Source of the DNA: Gnetum montanum
Taxonomy: Eukaryota > Plantae > Gnetophyta
Direction of reading: 5' to 3'
Length of the DNA: 64,000 bases
Assembly: GCA_015680685.1 (NCBI GenBank)
Contig: MNCI01000808.1
Location: 94,667 to 158,666 of the forward strand
Positions 1-12,520 of the stretch are shown here, in pieces (the stretch's first letter is position 1; every line of letters begins with the position of its first letter). The notes below the pieces were generated by a model that searched no databases, was not told the origin of the DNA, and worked only from the letters and a program-made list of their open reading frames with translations. The position numbers and the translations under genes were made by a program.

Positions 1-1068
1 ACCTTTAAGTTACCTTGTTGATACTAAGGTATGTTTCTTTTGATATGGCAGGCAATGAGATCACTTCATCCATCCACCCACCAAAGTCTATGGTTTCTCT
101 TGGCTTGGAAATGTACAGTTCCCTTCCAATAAGAACTTTAACGAATCGGTGACTGGGTATTTCCCAAACCAAGGAAGGACTCAAGGGTTGTAAAGGGTGT
201 GACTTCAAGGGAACTTGATGCTTTTGTGTTGGTCATTCACTTGGGTGCTTGGTTGTTTTCTTCTTGGGTTTTCTTACCGTTCCGATGTAACCCAATAATC
301 GAAAGCTGAGCCAATAAAAATAAAGAAGTCTTTGCATGGTGTGGTCCCCACACATAAAAACATAAAACACAAAAAAAAAAAAGCTAGAAGTGAGGATTCA
401 AAGCACACCCCTTAGACGGAATAAACTTTGGGCTACAAGCAGTGGTTATGGAACCAAAGTGTTCCCTCTAACTAAGGCCCTTCTCGCTTCCCGTTCTCTC
501 CTTTGTTTCATCGGAATGGTGATGGCTCTCGAAGGTGCATCCTTGTTATCCAAGTGGATGATTTAACCAAATGCATTGATGCGAAGTCACTGGAAGTGGT
601 TGGTTTGAGCCTGGCGTTGGGATGAGATTCGCCAAGTCACATTAATCATAAACCACACAAGGGGTTGTACACCACCTTGTTCTTGGGATTCCATTCCACT
701 TCTCTTCTCCCCATCCTTCTCTCCATTGTTCACCTCATTGCCGGTTGTATCATTAGTGTATATTTTGGTTGATGCATTGTTTTCTTTTTGGTAAATTCTT
801 ACGGTTAAGACTTTAACTCTTGTTCCAAAGGACATTCCCAGAGCCTACGGATTCTTTGAATGTGGGATTGTCAGGGCATTAAGGGCATGAGCCTGCCTTG
901 GGGAGGACCCACTGACATTCCTATTTGGAACATTAGTTAACTTCTTTTCCTTAACATTTTTGCAATTAATTTTATTTTTGTTCATTTCCATCTTGACATC
1001 CATTTCACTTATGCCATAGTTGTCCCTTTTTACCTATCTTTCTTACTCCTTTTCTTTCTCCATTCTAA
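1..1068 (+). mobile_element. Post-integrase non-coding region of an Athila-like LTR retrotransposon
   Basis: Reverse complement matches ~40900-42000, e.g. cttagttagaggga...ccataacca.tgctt.tagc...tctaagg.gtgtgctttgaat. That region lies immediately downstream of an Athila-type integrase C-terminus. Confidence 0.6.
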
Positions 1069-2030
1069 NNNNNNNNNNNNNNNNNNNNNNNNNNNNNNNN
1101 NNNNNNNNNNNNNNNNNNNNNNNNNNNNNNNNNNNNNNNNNNNNNNNNNNNNNNNNNNNNNNNNNNNNNNNNNNNNNNNNNNNNNNNNNNNNNNNNNNNN
1201 NNNNNNNNNNNNNNNNNNNNNNNNNNNNNNNNNNNNNNNNNNNNNNNNNNNNNNNNNNNNNNNNNNNNNNNNNNNNNNNNNNNNNNNNNNNNNNNNNNNN
1301 NNNNNNNNNNNNNNNNNNNNNNNNNNNNNNNNNNNNNNNNNNNNNNNNNNNNNNNNNNNNNNNNNNNNNNNNNNNNNNNNNNNNNNNNNNNNNNNNNNNN
1401 NNNNNNNNNNNNNNNNNNNNNNNNNNNNNNNNNNNNNNNNNNNNNNNNNNNNNNNNNNNNNNNNNNNNNNNNNNNNNNNNNNNNNNNNNNNNNNNNNNNN
1501 NNNNNNNNNNNNNNNNNNNNNNNNNNNNNNNNNNNNNNNNNNNNNNNNNNNNNNNNNNNNNNNNNNNNNNNNNNNNNNNNNNNNNNNNNNNNNNNNNNNN
1601 NNNNNNNNNNNNNNNNNNNNNNNNNNNNNNNNNNNNNNNNNNNNNNNNNNNNNNNNNNNNNNNNNNNNNNNNNNNNNNNNNNNNNNNNNNNNNNNNNNNN
1701 NNNNNNNNNNNNNNNNNNNNNNNNNNNNNNNNNNNNNNNNNNNNNNNNNNNNNNNNNNNNNNNNNNNNNNNNNNNNNNNNNNNNNNNNNNNNNNNNNNNN
1801 NNNNNNNNNNNNNNNNNNNNNNNNNNNNNNNNNNNNNNNNNNNNNNNNNNNNNNNNNNNNNNNNNNNNNNNNNNNNNNNNNNNNNNNNNNNNNNNNNNNN
1901 NNNNNNNNNNNNNNNNNNNNNNNNNNNNNNNNNNNNNNNNNNNNNNNNNNNNNNNNNNNNNNNNNNNNNNNNNNNNNNNNNNNNNNNNNNNNNNNNNNNN
2001 NNNNNNNNNNNNNNNNNNNNNNNNNNNNNN
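1069..2030. other. Assembly gap (N run)
   Basis: 962 consecutive N; the 338-aa ORF at 1020-2036 is an artefact of it. Confidence 0.99.
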
Positions 2031-2298
2031 ACTTAGGACATTAGTTAGAGTTAGTTAGTTTCTCAACCCTTTCCCTCATAGCTTAGGAGATAAACTGAAA
2101 AATACCAAAAAAATCATATACCTCAGACTTGCTTAACCATACACCGTGACACATACAAGCAAGCCTGGGAAGACAACGAACGATTAACCCCAAGTGTTTC
2201 TTGTGGCGTTAAGGCATTTAGTCTGCGGAGTTCGATCGGATCGCGCGTGCACGCTCGTATTCGTATGGTTGAGTGTAGGGGTACCTCACCACTCATCA
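2031..2298 (+). mobile_element. 3' end of an Athila-like LTR (CpG-rich, young) nested in the older element at 2299-5527
   Basis: Ends ...gtatggttgagtgtaggggtacctcaccactcatCA and is homologous to the LTR ends at 5528(-), 24538 and 34774. It is followed directly by pol sequence of another copy, not by a PBS. Confidence 0.75.
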
Positions 2299-5200
2299 GC
2301 TATCAACCACTAGGTACCCTCTTTCTTTGTGGCTACTGCATACAGACACCATTGAATGCTAATTTCTTATGCACATTGATTACATGCTTTAAGGTATGTA
2401 CTCTTGATTGACCAAATCTTTTACATGCAATTGCACCCATTATCATTATACACGATGCATGGAATATGCTTCTTCTCAATTTTCCTAGCTCATTTTCCTT
2501 GGATATTTCTAAAGATAGGTCCCTTATGCCCATTCTTATGTCAACCATGCTTAACTAAGCCCTTTCCATAATGATGGGAAAGTCATTTTTGCAATTGTCC
2601 ACCTTGATCACCAGAAAATCAGCAAGATAGGATCACCCACAAACTATGATTATAATGTCCTCTACTAATTCCAAAGGGATAGTAATTGACTAATCTACTA
2701 ATTCTAAATGAATGTTGCTCTTCTTGAAAGGTGGTAGGTTCTGAGACTTGTACATGTCGGGAGATGAGATTAACTTAAAAACTATAGTCAAGAAGAGCTT
2801 TACATGGCTCTTGTCTAGCAATCTATAGATAGATGAGTGGACTTCCTAGATCAAATTGTTTTGTAGGAATATTACCAACCTTGATCTAATCAGAAATAGC
2901 ATGAGTTAGCATTACAGTGTAGATCCTAGGTAGCACTTGGTTTGAAGGGCATTCGAAGGTATTTGATGCAGAGGATGAGGATGCTAGAGATGCAAGGTGA
3001 CCAACCAGAGTAGGTTGGGAGGGCTGAAGAGGACTACTAAGCCAGAAGAAATGTCTTTTTCTTGATCAATTGTCCAAACTACTTGGCTGAAAAACTAGTT
3101 GTGAGTGTATAGTCCTCGTAGCATTACGTTGTTACGGCTGTGGAGGAATCTCATCCTAAATGGATAGAGCATGAGGTAACTAGGTTGGAGGTGGAGCTGT
3201 ATGTGTAGAGAGATGTAGAGGATGATATGGATATGGCTATAGGTTTTCCCCTTGAGTAGATGTTGAATGTGTTTAGTAATACTCTAGAGGTTAATAGTGA
3301 TGCTAGAATGATGTATGACTTGCAAATCTTCTAGTGGATATGGGTTACTGAACATAGTACCCATATGGATCTGGTTGCCTATAAAGGTACTGCTACCTTG
3401 GTGGTGACATTCCCCATAATTGTGGTTGGTACCATTGTTGGTATTGTTCATAAGATCATGGAGGAGTTCCACTTGGGTAGTAAGCTTGTTGTTGCTAGTG
3501 GAACTGTCTTGGACTACATTGAGGGTAAGGCAATTGTCTTAGAGCTTGCCTACATGCTAAGCAAGGATTCAATGCATACACTCCAAACTCTTGTAAGTGT
3601 GACACTATAGGGAAACATCCCATTGGATATTCATATTGGCAAATGTCACATTCAATTTCATCATCAACGTGAGACTCCACAACTTCCTCTACTGCAGCAA
3701 CTTTGCCTTTACCTCTTTGGTAGGCATATTCAACTTCTTTTTGCTCCTGTGATTATGATCACTATTTTTCTCTTTGGATTCTTCAACAATCTTTAAAGTA
3801 GTTTGAAATTTTTCATCCAAAGAGTCCCATAACTTGTTAACCTTGGCCAAAATATCTAAAATAAATTTTTGGGTGGGCAAGGTCTTTTTGTTCACCACTT
3901 CATCAAGTGGTGGCTCCTCCTCATCACAAAATTGGACCTCTCATTTTCTGATGGATGGATCACTAGTATACTCTTTAGCACTTTCCCTTTTTTGTAGCTC
4001 ACCTTCTTCTTTTACTACCCACTCAATTAGCCTCTAGATTTGATGAGATATCAATTCAAACAATCTTTCTTGGGCATACACCCCAAGGGTTCTTCTTTAC
4101 TCTAAGCCCATCTATGATATGGCAAAGTTGTTCTCTCTAAGAATAACCATGGCCAAAGCATCGATGTAAGAGTGAATAGTAGTGGCCCATGGTAGCATCC
4201 AAGGGTTCATGTGCTTCTTGTTTTAGATCAGACACTCTAGAGTACATCTGGTATTTGTCATTGAATAGCTCTAACATGGTACTCCATCTATGAATAGATT
4301 CCAACTCTAAGGACCGGTATCAATTTTCAACTTCTTTAATGAGTGTCATTGGAAAAAGCTTGAGTTTCTACCACTTGTTCTCTATGTTCTGTAAGACATA
4401 GACATCTTGAAAAGCTTGTAGATATGTTTACATATCAGAGTTATATCCCCCTTCAAATCTTGGGATATTGTTCATGTCTAGGTGCTTGATCCGGCTATCC
4501 TTCATACACCTGGATGGAATTTTCACTACCTCTACAATGTTGAGCATACTTTGAGTTACCAATAGAGCATCATCATCATTGCTGCATCGATGATACCAAT
4601 GACAGTTTCAGCCACCCCTTCAGTTTTGGTGGCCTTCACAGTCATTGTTATTTTGTTGATCACCTTCATCATGGTTGTTCCAATGGCAGCTTTCATGAAA
4701 ATCATCAGATGAAGAGGAATGTTTGGAATTGGATGAAGAAGATGAAGAGGATGAAGAGGAAGGTGGATTTCCATTGCCACTGCAGTATCTGCCATCACTC
4801 TTACACTTATTGTGATTACCATCCTTAGATCCCTTGCTATTATGGTGCTTACCCAAGTCCCTGCCTTGGCTATCACCTCTTTCTAAACCCAATTTATGAA
4901 TAGTGGATCGTAGGGTCAAGTTGACACCCTCACCATCAATAGTAAGGGGTGGAGAATCTTCATGTTGAGAACCTTTAGTAGGAGGATCCTCTATGTCATC
5001 TTGATTTAGTAGGAACAAGGGATTAGCGTAATGTTTTCCCTTTGTAGTTTCATGGAGTTTTTTCTGATGTTGATCTCATTTGCATTATGTTTCAATAGAA
5101 CAATATTTTCGAGTGTCATATCCATTCACAGCATATTCTTTGTGAAGATCTACTATGCCCAACTTCTTAAGGGTTTTGAATAGCATCCTGGGCACAGATG

Positions 5201-5527
5201 GATCAACGGGCAAGACAACATTGCCCTCCATATCACGCCATCGCAACTGTTCATCGTAATGTAGGATGAAGGTGAAGTTTGGCACAAACTCATCTAGATG
5301 AGTGTATACCACCTTGCATTCTTGTCGAATCAGTGGTTTGGTATCTTTGTGCTTGTGAGACGAAGAAGATATTTTGCAAAACAAAATAAAATTGTCAATG
5401 TGCTTTTATAATTTTATGTATAGTAGGAATGATATTGACCTTGAGGTTCATACAATGAAATTAATGGTATTCACTTAGACCTAAATAGCACACATTCCAC
5501 AAACAAAGTCCCTAATAATGGTACCAA
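2299..5527 (-). mobile_element. Degenerate Athila-like Ty3/gypsy internal region, copy 1 (N-terminal extension, gag, Zn knuckle, protease)
   Basis: Colinear with 24540-27860. Motifs: IPRFEGGYN gag start, [45 protein letters not shown]. Many TAG/TGA/TAA stops. Confidence 0.85.
5508..5526 (-). promoter_or_regulatory. Primer-binding site (decayed tRNA-Asp type)
   Basis: tggtaccattattagggac 1 nt after LTR end ...gctcatca; transition-decayed form of the Athila PBS tggcgccgttgccggggac. Confidence 0.7.
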
Positions 5528-6430
5528 TGATGAGCAATGAGGTACCCCTATGCCCAACCATACGAATCACGAAGTGTCCAAAAGTGATTCGATCGAATTC
5601 CGTAGACTTTATTGTTTCCAATGCACTAGTCCTTTAAGAAGTGAATCTAGCCTTAAGGTTAATTGTTGTCTTCCCAATTATACTTGTGACATTCATTGGT
5701 ATGGTTAAGTGTAACTGAGGCATCCAATTTTTATCATTTTATGTTTTATAAGTTGGTGCTCAAATGTAGATAAAAGGAAATTGATTAACTAATCTAAATT
5801 AACTAATTAACTAGCATTTAACTAATCCCAACATAAGTATTCGATCCCACTTTCTATACATGTCCTAAGCCCACGTATCCACTGCTAGGAGACCAAGTGC
5901 TATACTACTAGGTGTAGCAAGTAATAACGCTATTGGAATTACCAAGCGAATACATGTTATGCTCGAAGTGGTCATACTTATGTGTGTAATCTATTTAGAT
6001 TAATTGATTCACTAATATAATAATTGGAAAATATTTAATAAATAATGAAAAATATTTAATTAAATAATTAAAAACATTAAATGCATAAATAAAATAGCTA
6101 ATCTATCCAAGTGTTGCAAGGTTTATCAAAAAGCTCATCTTTATTGCTGCACAAACTATCATGCTCAAGTACAACAATGCTCAAATAAAGATTTGTACAC
6201 TCAATGACTCCTCCTACGAGCACTTGGGGGAAAATTCTAACTTTCAAATGGAAAAAATGCAAACGCTCTGCTACAACTACAATCTCTACTTGCCATAAAT
6301 GCAACTGCAAGCATGTATTTATTACCAACTATAGGCACTACGTCGACGGGGCCACATTGATGCATGATATGATGCATCAACTAGACCTCGTCAATGAGGC
6401 CTAGACGATGAGGCCATGTTGATGAGGTTT
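5528..6430 (-). mobile_element. 5' LTR (3' part) of Athila-like copy 1; may extend to ~9967
   Basis: Homologous to 23690-24538. A possible LTR start TGATAAGTGC is on the - strand at 9967, but that boundary is unverified. Confidence 0.65.
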
Positions 6431-7439
6431 CATCAACGCAATCGACAAAATGTGACTCATCAAGTTTCAACTCAGAAATTTGTGAATCAAGTATTTGTAA
6501 AAATGCTAACCCTATTATGCACTAGAACTAATTCTTTTAGCTCTGTGAATCCATTTCTATTGATTCAAAGCCTAGCTAATAAGCTAAGAAAGAGATATTC
6601 CTTAAATCAAATTGCACCCTCTTGAGCTCTTCTCCTAGAGCTAATTAATTATCCAATGCTACAAAAGGATATCTTATATAATAAAATCTGGCTTGAAATC
6701 CTAGCTCTTCATGTAGATTCTCTAAAACTTGGCTAATGAGCTTACATAATTAACTCCTAAACAATTTTCGAGCTACTACCATATATCCATAATTTATAAA
6801 ACCGTTACAAAAATAAGTTGAATCATTTTCTACATTTCTATAAACAATATACTCTTATAAGCTTCACTCTTCATTTATGGCTTTTACTTTGTGCACTCTT
6901 ATTTGGGGAATATATGACTATGAGCTAAAATCTAATGTAAATCCACAAAATTTCCTTTTAAGCTTAAACAAAATACTTCTTATTAATTTGGCACAAGTGA
7001 TTCATACTAATCATATCCTGTTAGTTAATTAATCTTACTTTTTAGAAGCTTTTAAACATTTTCAAATTGAGCCCAATAATTCTAATATTTGCTATTCCAT
7101 AGTGATGGCAATTGTTGTTATAACAACAACATCCAAGAGGAGGTCAAATATCAAACATCTCAAGGGAATCCATCTCCAACTAGTCATACAACTTGGTGCT
7201 AGCTCTTAACAACCAAACATATGAACATCCAAATAAATTAAACTAAACATTGATGATGGAAGAATACAAATAGCATCCAACATGATCACATAATCTAAAA
7301 AGTCTAACAATTGACTCCGAACTAAAATCAACATGCCAACATAGTCTAGGTCTAACAAATTAAGTCAAATGGGGTTAAAAGTTGTTGAAATGGATCAAAG
7401 TAAGCTCCAATAGTAAGAAGAGACTAAAAATAGTAAAAT

Positions 7440-8290
7440 TGGTAAACCACAACCTAACCATGACCTCACCATAACTTGTGATATTTATAGAACACTTAAT
7501 AGAAAAAACTACAATGAAAACCATTGATAATGACTTGACCACAAGCTAACAATGATCCATGGGGGATAGATGATGATTTAACCATGACCCATGGTTAATT
7601 GAAATTCACAAGAAATGGTGCAAGATGGCAAAAACAACAAAGGAAAGGTATAGCATTACCTCATCAAAGCTTCTAGTTGACCATAAAACTCACAAAATGG
7701 CATAAAATAGTGACAATAGCAAAGGATGTTGGATCATGATCTCACCATAACTCATTGTTTAACCATGATTACACCACAACTTATGGTGTTACAAGTTTAT
7801 GAAAATAAAGAGTGAGAAATGCATAGGATGGCTGGGGGTAGATGACAACCTCACCACGACCCTACCATAATCCATAGTGATGAATCATGACTTGACCATG
7901 ACTCATGATCAACACTAGTAGTCACATCATGACTCATAATTGACTTGTGGTTTTGGTGCTAATTCCAAAATTGTGCAAAAGGAAAGATATAGTATTACCT
8001 CATCATAACTCACAATTGACCATAAAACTTACAAAATGGCATGAAACAATGATATTAGCAAGGCTAGATTTAACCAACCATGATTGGACCACAACTAGAC
8101 CACAACTCATTATGTTGCAAGTTTATGAAAACAAAGAGTGAAAATTTCATAGGATGGCTTGGGGTAGATAACAACGTCACCACTACCATGACCCATGATG
8201 ATGGATTAAAACATGACCATGACTCATGGTTAGCATTGGTAATCACATCATGACTCATGGTTGACTTGTGGTTTTGGTGCATATTTTGAA
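7440..8290. repeat. Degenerate ACCA(C/T)GAC-rich short repeats with a ~350-bp tandem duplication (7630-7960 vs 7985-8280), probably LTR-derived
   Basis: Duplicated blocks such as attacctcatca...ttgaccataaaact.acaaaatggcat, and cataggatggct.ggggtagat. A similar array lies at 21880-22280. Confidence 0.6.
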
Positions 8291-9383
8291 AAAGTGCAAA
8301 AAATAGCTCAAAAAGGTCAAAAAAAATCATCAAATGACAAGGGATACTAGGGATGCAAAGAAGAAGGTCAAGAAAGCATAATTAACTTAACAAACTAAGG
8401 AAGAAAAGACTAACAAAACAATAATGCAACAAAAGGATTCAACCTAAAAAAAACTTGTTGAAAACTCATAAAATAATGAAGACTTGGAATCTCGTGAAAC
8501 TACTAGAACCCAATAGAGTCTACACTAAGATGAACATATCAATACCTTAATATAGATAGAAAGATCAATACTCATGCCCCAAATAGTTACTAGAATAATT
8601 CTCAAAAAACCCTTGAAAATTAAAGATGGTGAAAAACATAAAATTACAACAAAAAGGAACATTGAATTAAAGCACAAAGATTAAGCAATAATAGTGTATA
8701 AAGTAACACCTAAACCCAAATAAAAATTCATATAAATCTAAGAGAATTAAATAATTCCTAACCCTCATTGAAAGTGCACAAACCTATGAACTAAAAAAAA
8801 TAGAAAAAGTGCCAAGATTACTCACCTAGAAGATCAAAACACACAAACTCAACCACAGACTCTCGTAATTCCACACTTATGAATTAGCAAAGATCCATGT
8901 ACCACCATAAGCCTTCAATTCAGTAACACTTCCATGTCCAAGAAATTGGATGCCAAAGAACCCATTGAAAAGAGTATGGTATTTTTATGGAAAATCATCC
9001 CAAAACCCATGGTAACTAAAACTAACTAATTTTCTAAAAACTAAAATATAATTATATTAATCTATCATAAAAATCTCATGTAACGTACATAACCTCCCAC
9101 AAAGTCAAAAAGCATACAAAAACCATAAAAATAGGAAACAACACATATCATAATAATATAATTACTAAAATAAAATAATGCTCACATATAAAAATCAATT
9201 GTGCCATTACATGGCCATACCATGTACATACCATATCTTCCATGAGAATTTGTGAAAACTCATCTATTGGTTAGTGCATAGTAGTTACAAATAATAATAC
9301 ATAATTAAAATAATGCATAATATTAAAATATACATATACATAAAATATAAAGCTAGAAATACCATTAACTAACAAGCATAACC

Positions 9384-9446
9384 AAAGCATAACATAACAT
9401 CTAGACATCATAAAGCATAACATAACATCTAGACATCATAAAGCAT
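9384..9446. repeat. 28-bp tandem duplication
   Basis: aaagcataacataacatctagacatcat x2. Confidence 0.85.
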
Positions 9447-10194
9447 GACAAACAAGAATAAATATGCTAATCATAACATCTAAAGATGCAAGTTGTCATA
9501 GAAGTCCACTACACTATTTTAATAATATGAATGTTATTCTTTTTATGATGCTTTTTTCCACAAACATAGCTTTTAAATTTATTATGTTGCACTAATGCAC
9601 AAGATAGGTTTTGTTTGCAAGGAACTATTTGCTACTATTTAATGGTTTTTAATTTTCTACCCCCTTGCATTTTTCTAAGGATGATAATTGCCTTGCGTGT
9701 TCAATTTATAGCCCCAATGTTGGGGTGGGGGGAGGTGGGGAAGGAATAAGAGGAAAGGGCAGGGAGGAAAGGGGAGGAGAGAGGATGGAAGGAATGGGAA
9801 AGAGAGTGTTGAAATAGTAAAGAATGACAATAAGTACACCATAAGACATATAGCTAACATGATACTTTGGAAGAATTATATAGGAATATAATGATGTCTC
9901 AAGTATAACTTGAGCTAGCAAGCTCTTACCTAACAAGATAATGAGCTAACTACATAAGCACTTATCATTGATAGACTTTACTAAATAGATTTACAAAGAT
10001 AGAAATTTATATAACAAAATTTCAGACCAAACAAAGATAAATTTAGTAAAGTGAAACAAACATTTATAAATATAAACTAAAAATTGAAGTGTACTTGAAA
10101 TATATTTGTAACATTTTTATTTTATTTTTATTTTTTTGAGGAGGAGGAAGGGTGTTAAAATCCAAAAATCTTTTTTTGGGTAATAATATTTACC

Positions 10195-10300
10195 CACAAG
10201 ACATATAGTCAAATTATAACTTGGTATTGCCCACTAGAATTAAATCCATAGCTTAAAGCTTTCAAATCAAGAGCCTTACCACTAGGCTAATACCTCACTA
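10195..10300 (-). mobile_element. tRNA-derived SINE (family 2)
   Basis: Reverse complement reads tgaggtattagcctagtggtaagg (A box-like); homologous to 10584-10700 and 44352-44450. Confidence 0.6.
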
Positions 10301-10374
10301 TTAAAATAATTTAACTATAGGTACACCCCAAGAAATATAGCCAACATTATAAATTAAAAGTATTATACTCACAT

Positions 10375-10515
10375 GGGTTATTAGCTGGTTGGTTAGCACA
10401 CATAGCTTTGTACTTACAAGTGTTAGGTTCAAAGCTTATTATTAGCATCCCCTTTGAGCTTGCTATGTTGCTAGCCTAAGGGCATGTCCTAGGTAGATGT
10501 GATCTTTCCATCAAA
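10375..10515 (+). mobile_element. tRNA-derived SINE-like fragment
   Basis: tagctggttggttagc (A box) ... ggttcaaagc (B box); no intact cloverleaf. Confidence 0.5.
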
Positions 10516-10583
10516 AAGTATTATAAAAGAATATAACAATGTTAGATTAGCATATCACTCAGGATCAAAATTATAAATTAATA

Positions 10584-10700
10584 ATGAGGTATTAGCTTAG
10601 TAGTATGGGTCTTGGCCTAATAATGCCAAGTCATAGGTTCGTTTCTACTAGGTAAAATTGAGTTATAAACTTCTCTAAATCTTGGGTTGTACCTATGTTT
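10584..10700 (+). mobile_element. tRNA-derived SINE (family 2)
   Basis: tgaggtattagcttagtagta...ggttcgtttct; inverted relative to 10195-10300. Confidence 0.6.
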
Positions 10701-11541
10701 TAATTATTTCAGGATTCAACACACACATACACAAACCCACCCTCTTCCCTATGCACATACTTTAATCATGTGATTAATGTATTAATGATAATATTTTCTT
10801 TTTATTAAAGGGAGAGGGGGTGTTAGTTGGGGAGGGAGAGGGGGAGGTAAGGGATGTCAAAATTTAAAGATATAAATAATAATATTTAAAAAATTCAAAG
10901 TACATCATATCATTTGAAGAGATAGTCTAAAGAAAAAGCCAAATAGTTTTAGAATACCTTTTCAAGTTTTCATCATTACAACCAATCTTGAAAAGCCTTC
11001 CCTTTAGGCTAGGAAAGGATCAAACCTTACCCTTATTTAGAAGCACACTCGTGAGTTTTCACTTCTTACTAAAGGATTTTTTATAAGGGTGTTGAACCTT
11101 AAAAAGAATATTGATAATGAATAAAAAAATTCAAACTACATCACGAGTATATATGGAAAGAAAAAGTTTTCTAATTTTAGAACCATCTACTCACCTATGC
11201 AACCTTATAGTTGATACTTTGAAAAAAGAACTAAGTGAAGAAAATTAATGATTAGTATGAAGGAAGATACCAATTGTAACAAACTTTACATCACTTTCAA
11301 TATCTATGATGGAACTTAAAATAGCAAAAGGATTTGAGATAGAGAGCTGTGTCTTAAGACTAATATTTGTATCAAAGCAAGAAAGTGGTAACACTTGTGG
11401 AAGATCTTCATTTTGTCACTTATTATTGATCTTATATCTATAATCTTTATCATTAATTATAACCTTTATGTTGACATTAGTCTTAATCTTTGAGTTAATA
11501 GTATTCTTGTTAGACAAAGAAAAATTTGTCTTACGAGCTTT

Positions 11542-11871
11542 TTATCTAGGTTGCTTGATACTTTCTCTAGTAACAATAAAACTATACATAGGAGCTTTTG
11601 TCTTCTCTAGATTCTTTATTGCCTTTTGATCATTCTTATCATTGACATTAACTTGACTCTTCATATCTGTCAGTTCATATTGTTTTTTCCTATCTTCAAC
11701 ATTAACACATTTTTTCTTTTCGTCATAATCTTTTTTCTTGAGTAGAAAAGGACAAGCATTAAACAAATATCCTTCACGATGGCAAAAGTTGCAAGAATTG
11801 GTAAGATTATAATATGTAATTGGTTGAATATAAGATGATATGTATATGTAAGGCAACTTAATATGAATCAA
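11542..11871 (-). pseudogene. Retroelement gag zinc-knuckle remnant
   Basis: CNFCHREGYLFNAC, a decayed CX2CX4HX4C, followed by Lys-rich sequence. Confidence 0.45.
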
Positions 11872-11971
11872 TTGAAAATTTGTTTATTTTATATATTTTA
11901 TTAAGGAATAAGCTAATTCTTTAAAGGATTGTTCTTAAAATGATGGATGACTCAATTTATATAAGTCTATT

Positions 11972-12065
11972 ACATCATCATCATTATCATCCTAGCCTTG
12001 TCCCAACAAAATAGGATCAACTACATAAGTTTTTTTTCATCATTTGCCTCTATAAAGAGCTAGAT
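11972..12065 (-). mobile_element. 3' tail of an RTE-clade LINE
   Basis: (cat)n microsatellite tail followed by gccttgtcccaac...ggatcaactacata, resembling the reverse complement of plant RTE 3' ends. Confidence 0.45.
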
Positions 12066-12329
12066 CTTGTTTATTTGTAGTTTCTTCAAATCATCTTCAT
12101 ATCTACTTTTCATAACATTTGAGTAACAATGTTGCACGTCATTTCTAGAGGATGTAATAGTAAGTCATTGTCCATACAACTAAGCCCTATGACTACTATG
12201 CATTGCTTTTGGAGAATGCCCTAGTATTTTCAAAATCTGAAAAAGAACTCATCCATGAGATTTGACAAGGTCTAATGGTCAATTGCCAACCTAACTCTAA
12301 CGCTCCTCCTTTTGTATCCAAGCTTGTGA

Positions 12330-12520
12330 TTGGCATTGGTGGAGTTTTATAAAAGTCTATTACCAATGACATAAATAAGGTGAAGATGTGTTGCATCATT
12401 ATAGTAATGGTTGATCCTACCATTTAAAGGATTGCTTTTACAAGGGCCAAGGAATCAATTTATAGAAGTCCATTAGCAATGCCATAAATAGGGTGAAGAT
12501 GAGTTGCTTCATTATAGTAC
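12330..12520. repeat. Diverged direct duplication (~120-bp period)
   Basis: tttata.aagtc.atta.caatg.cataaata.ggtgaagatg.gttgc.tcattatagta occurs twice. Confidence 0.7.

Noticed and set aside
1020-2036. 338-aa ORF
   Set aside because: Almost entirely N gap.
9720-9935. Polypurine tract followed by a short TG...CA segment (possible PPT plus mini-LTR)
   Set aside because: No second copy or TSD found.
10375-10450. tRNA gene
   Set aside because: A/B boxes are present but there is no cloverleaf; better explained as a SINE head.
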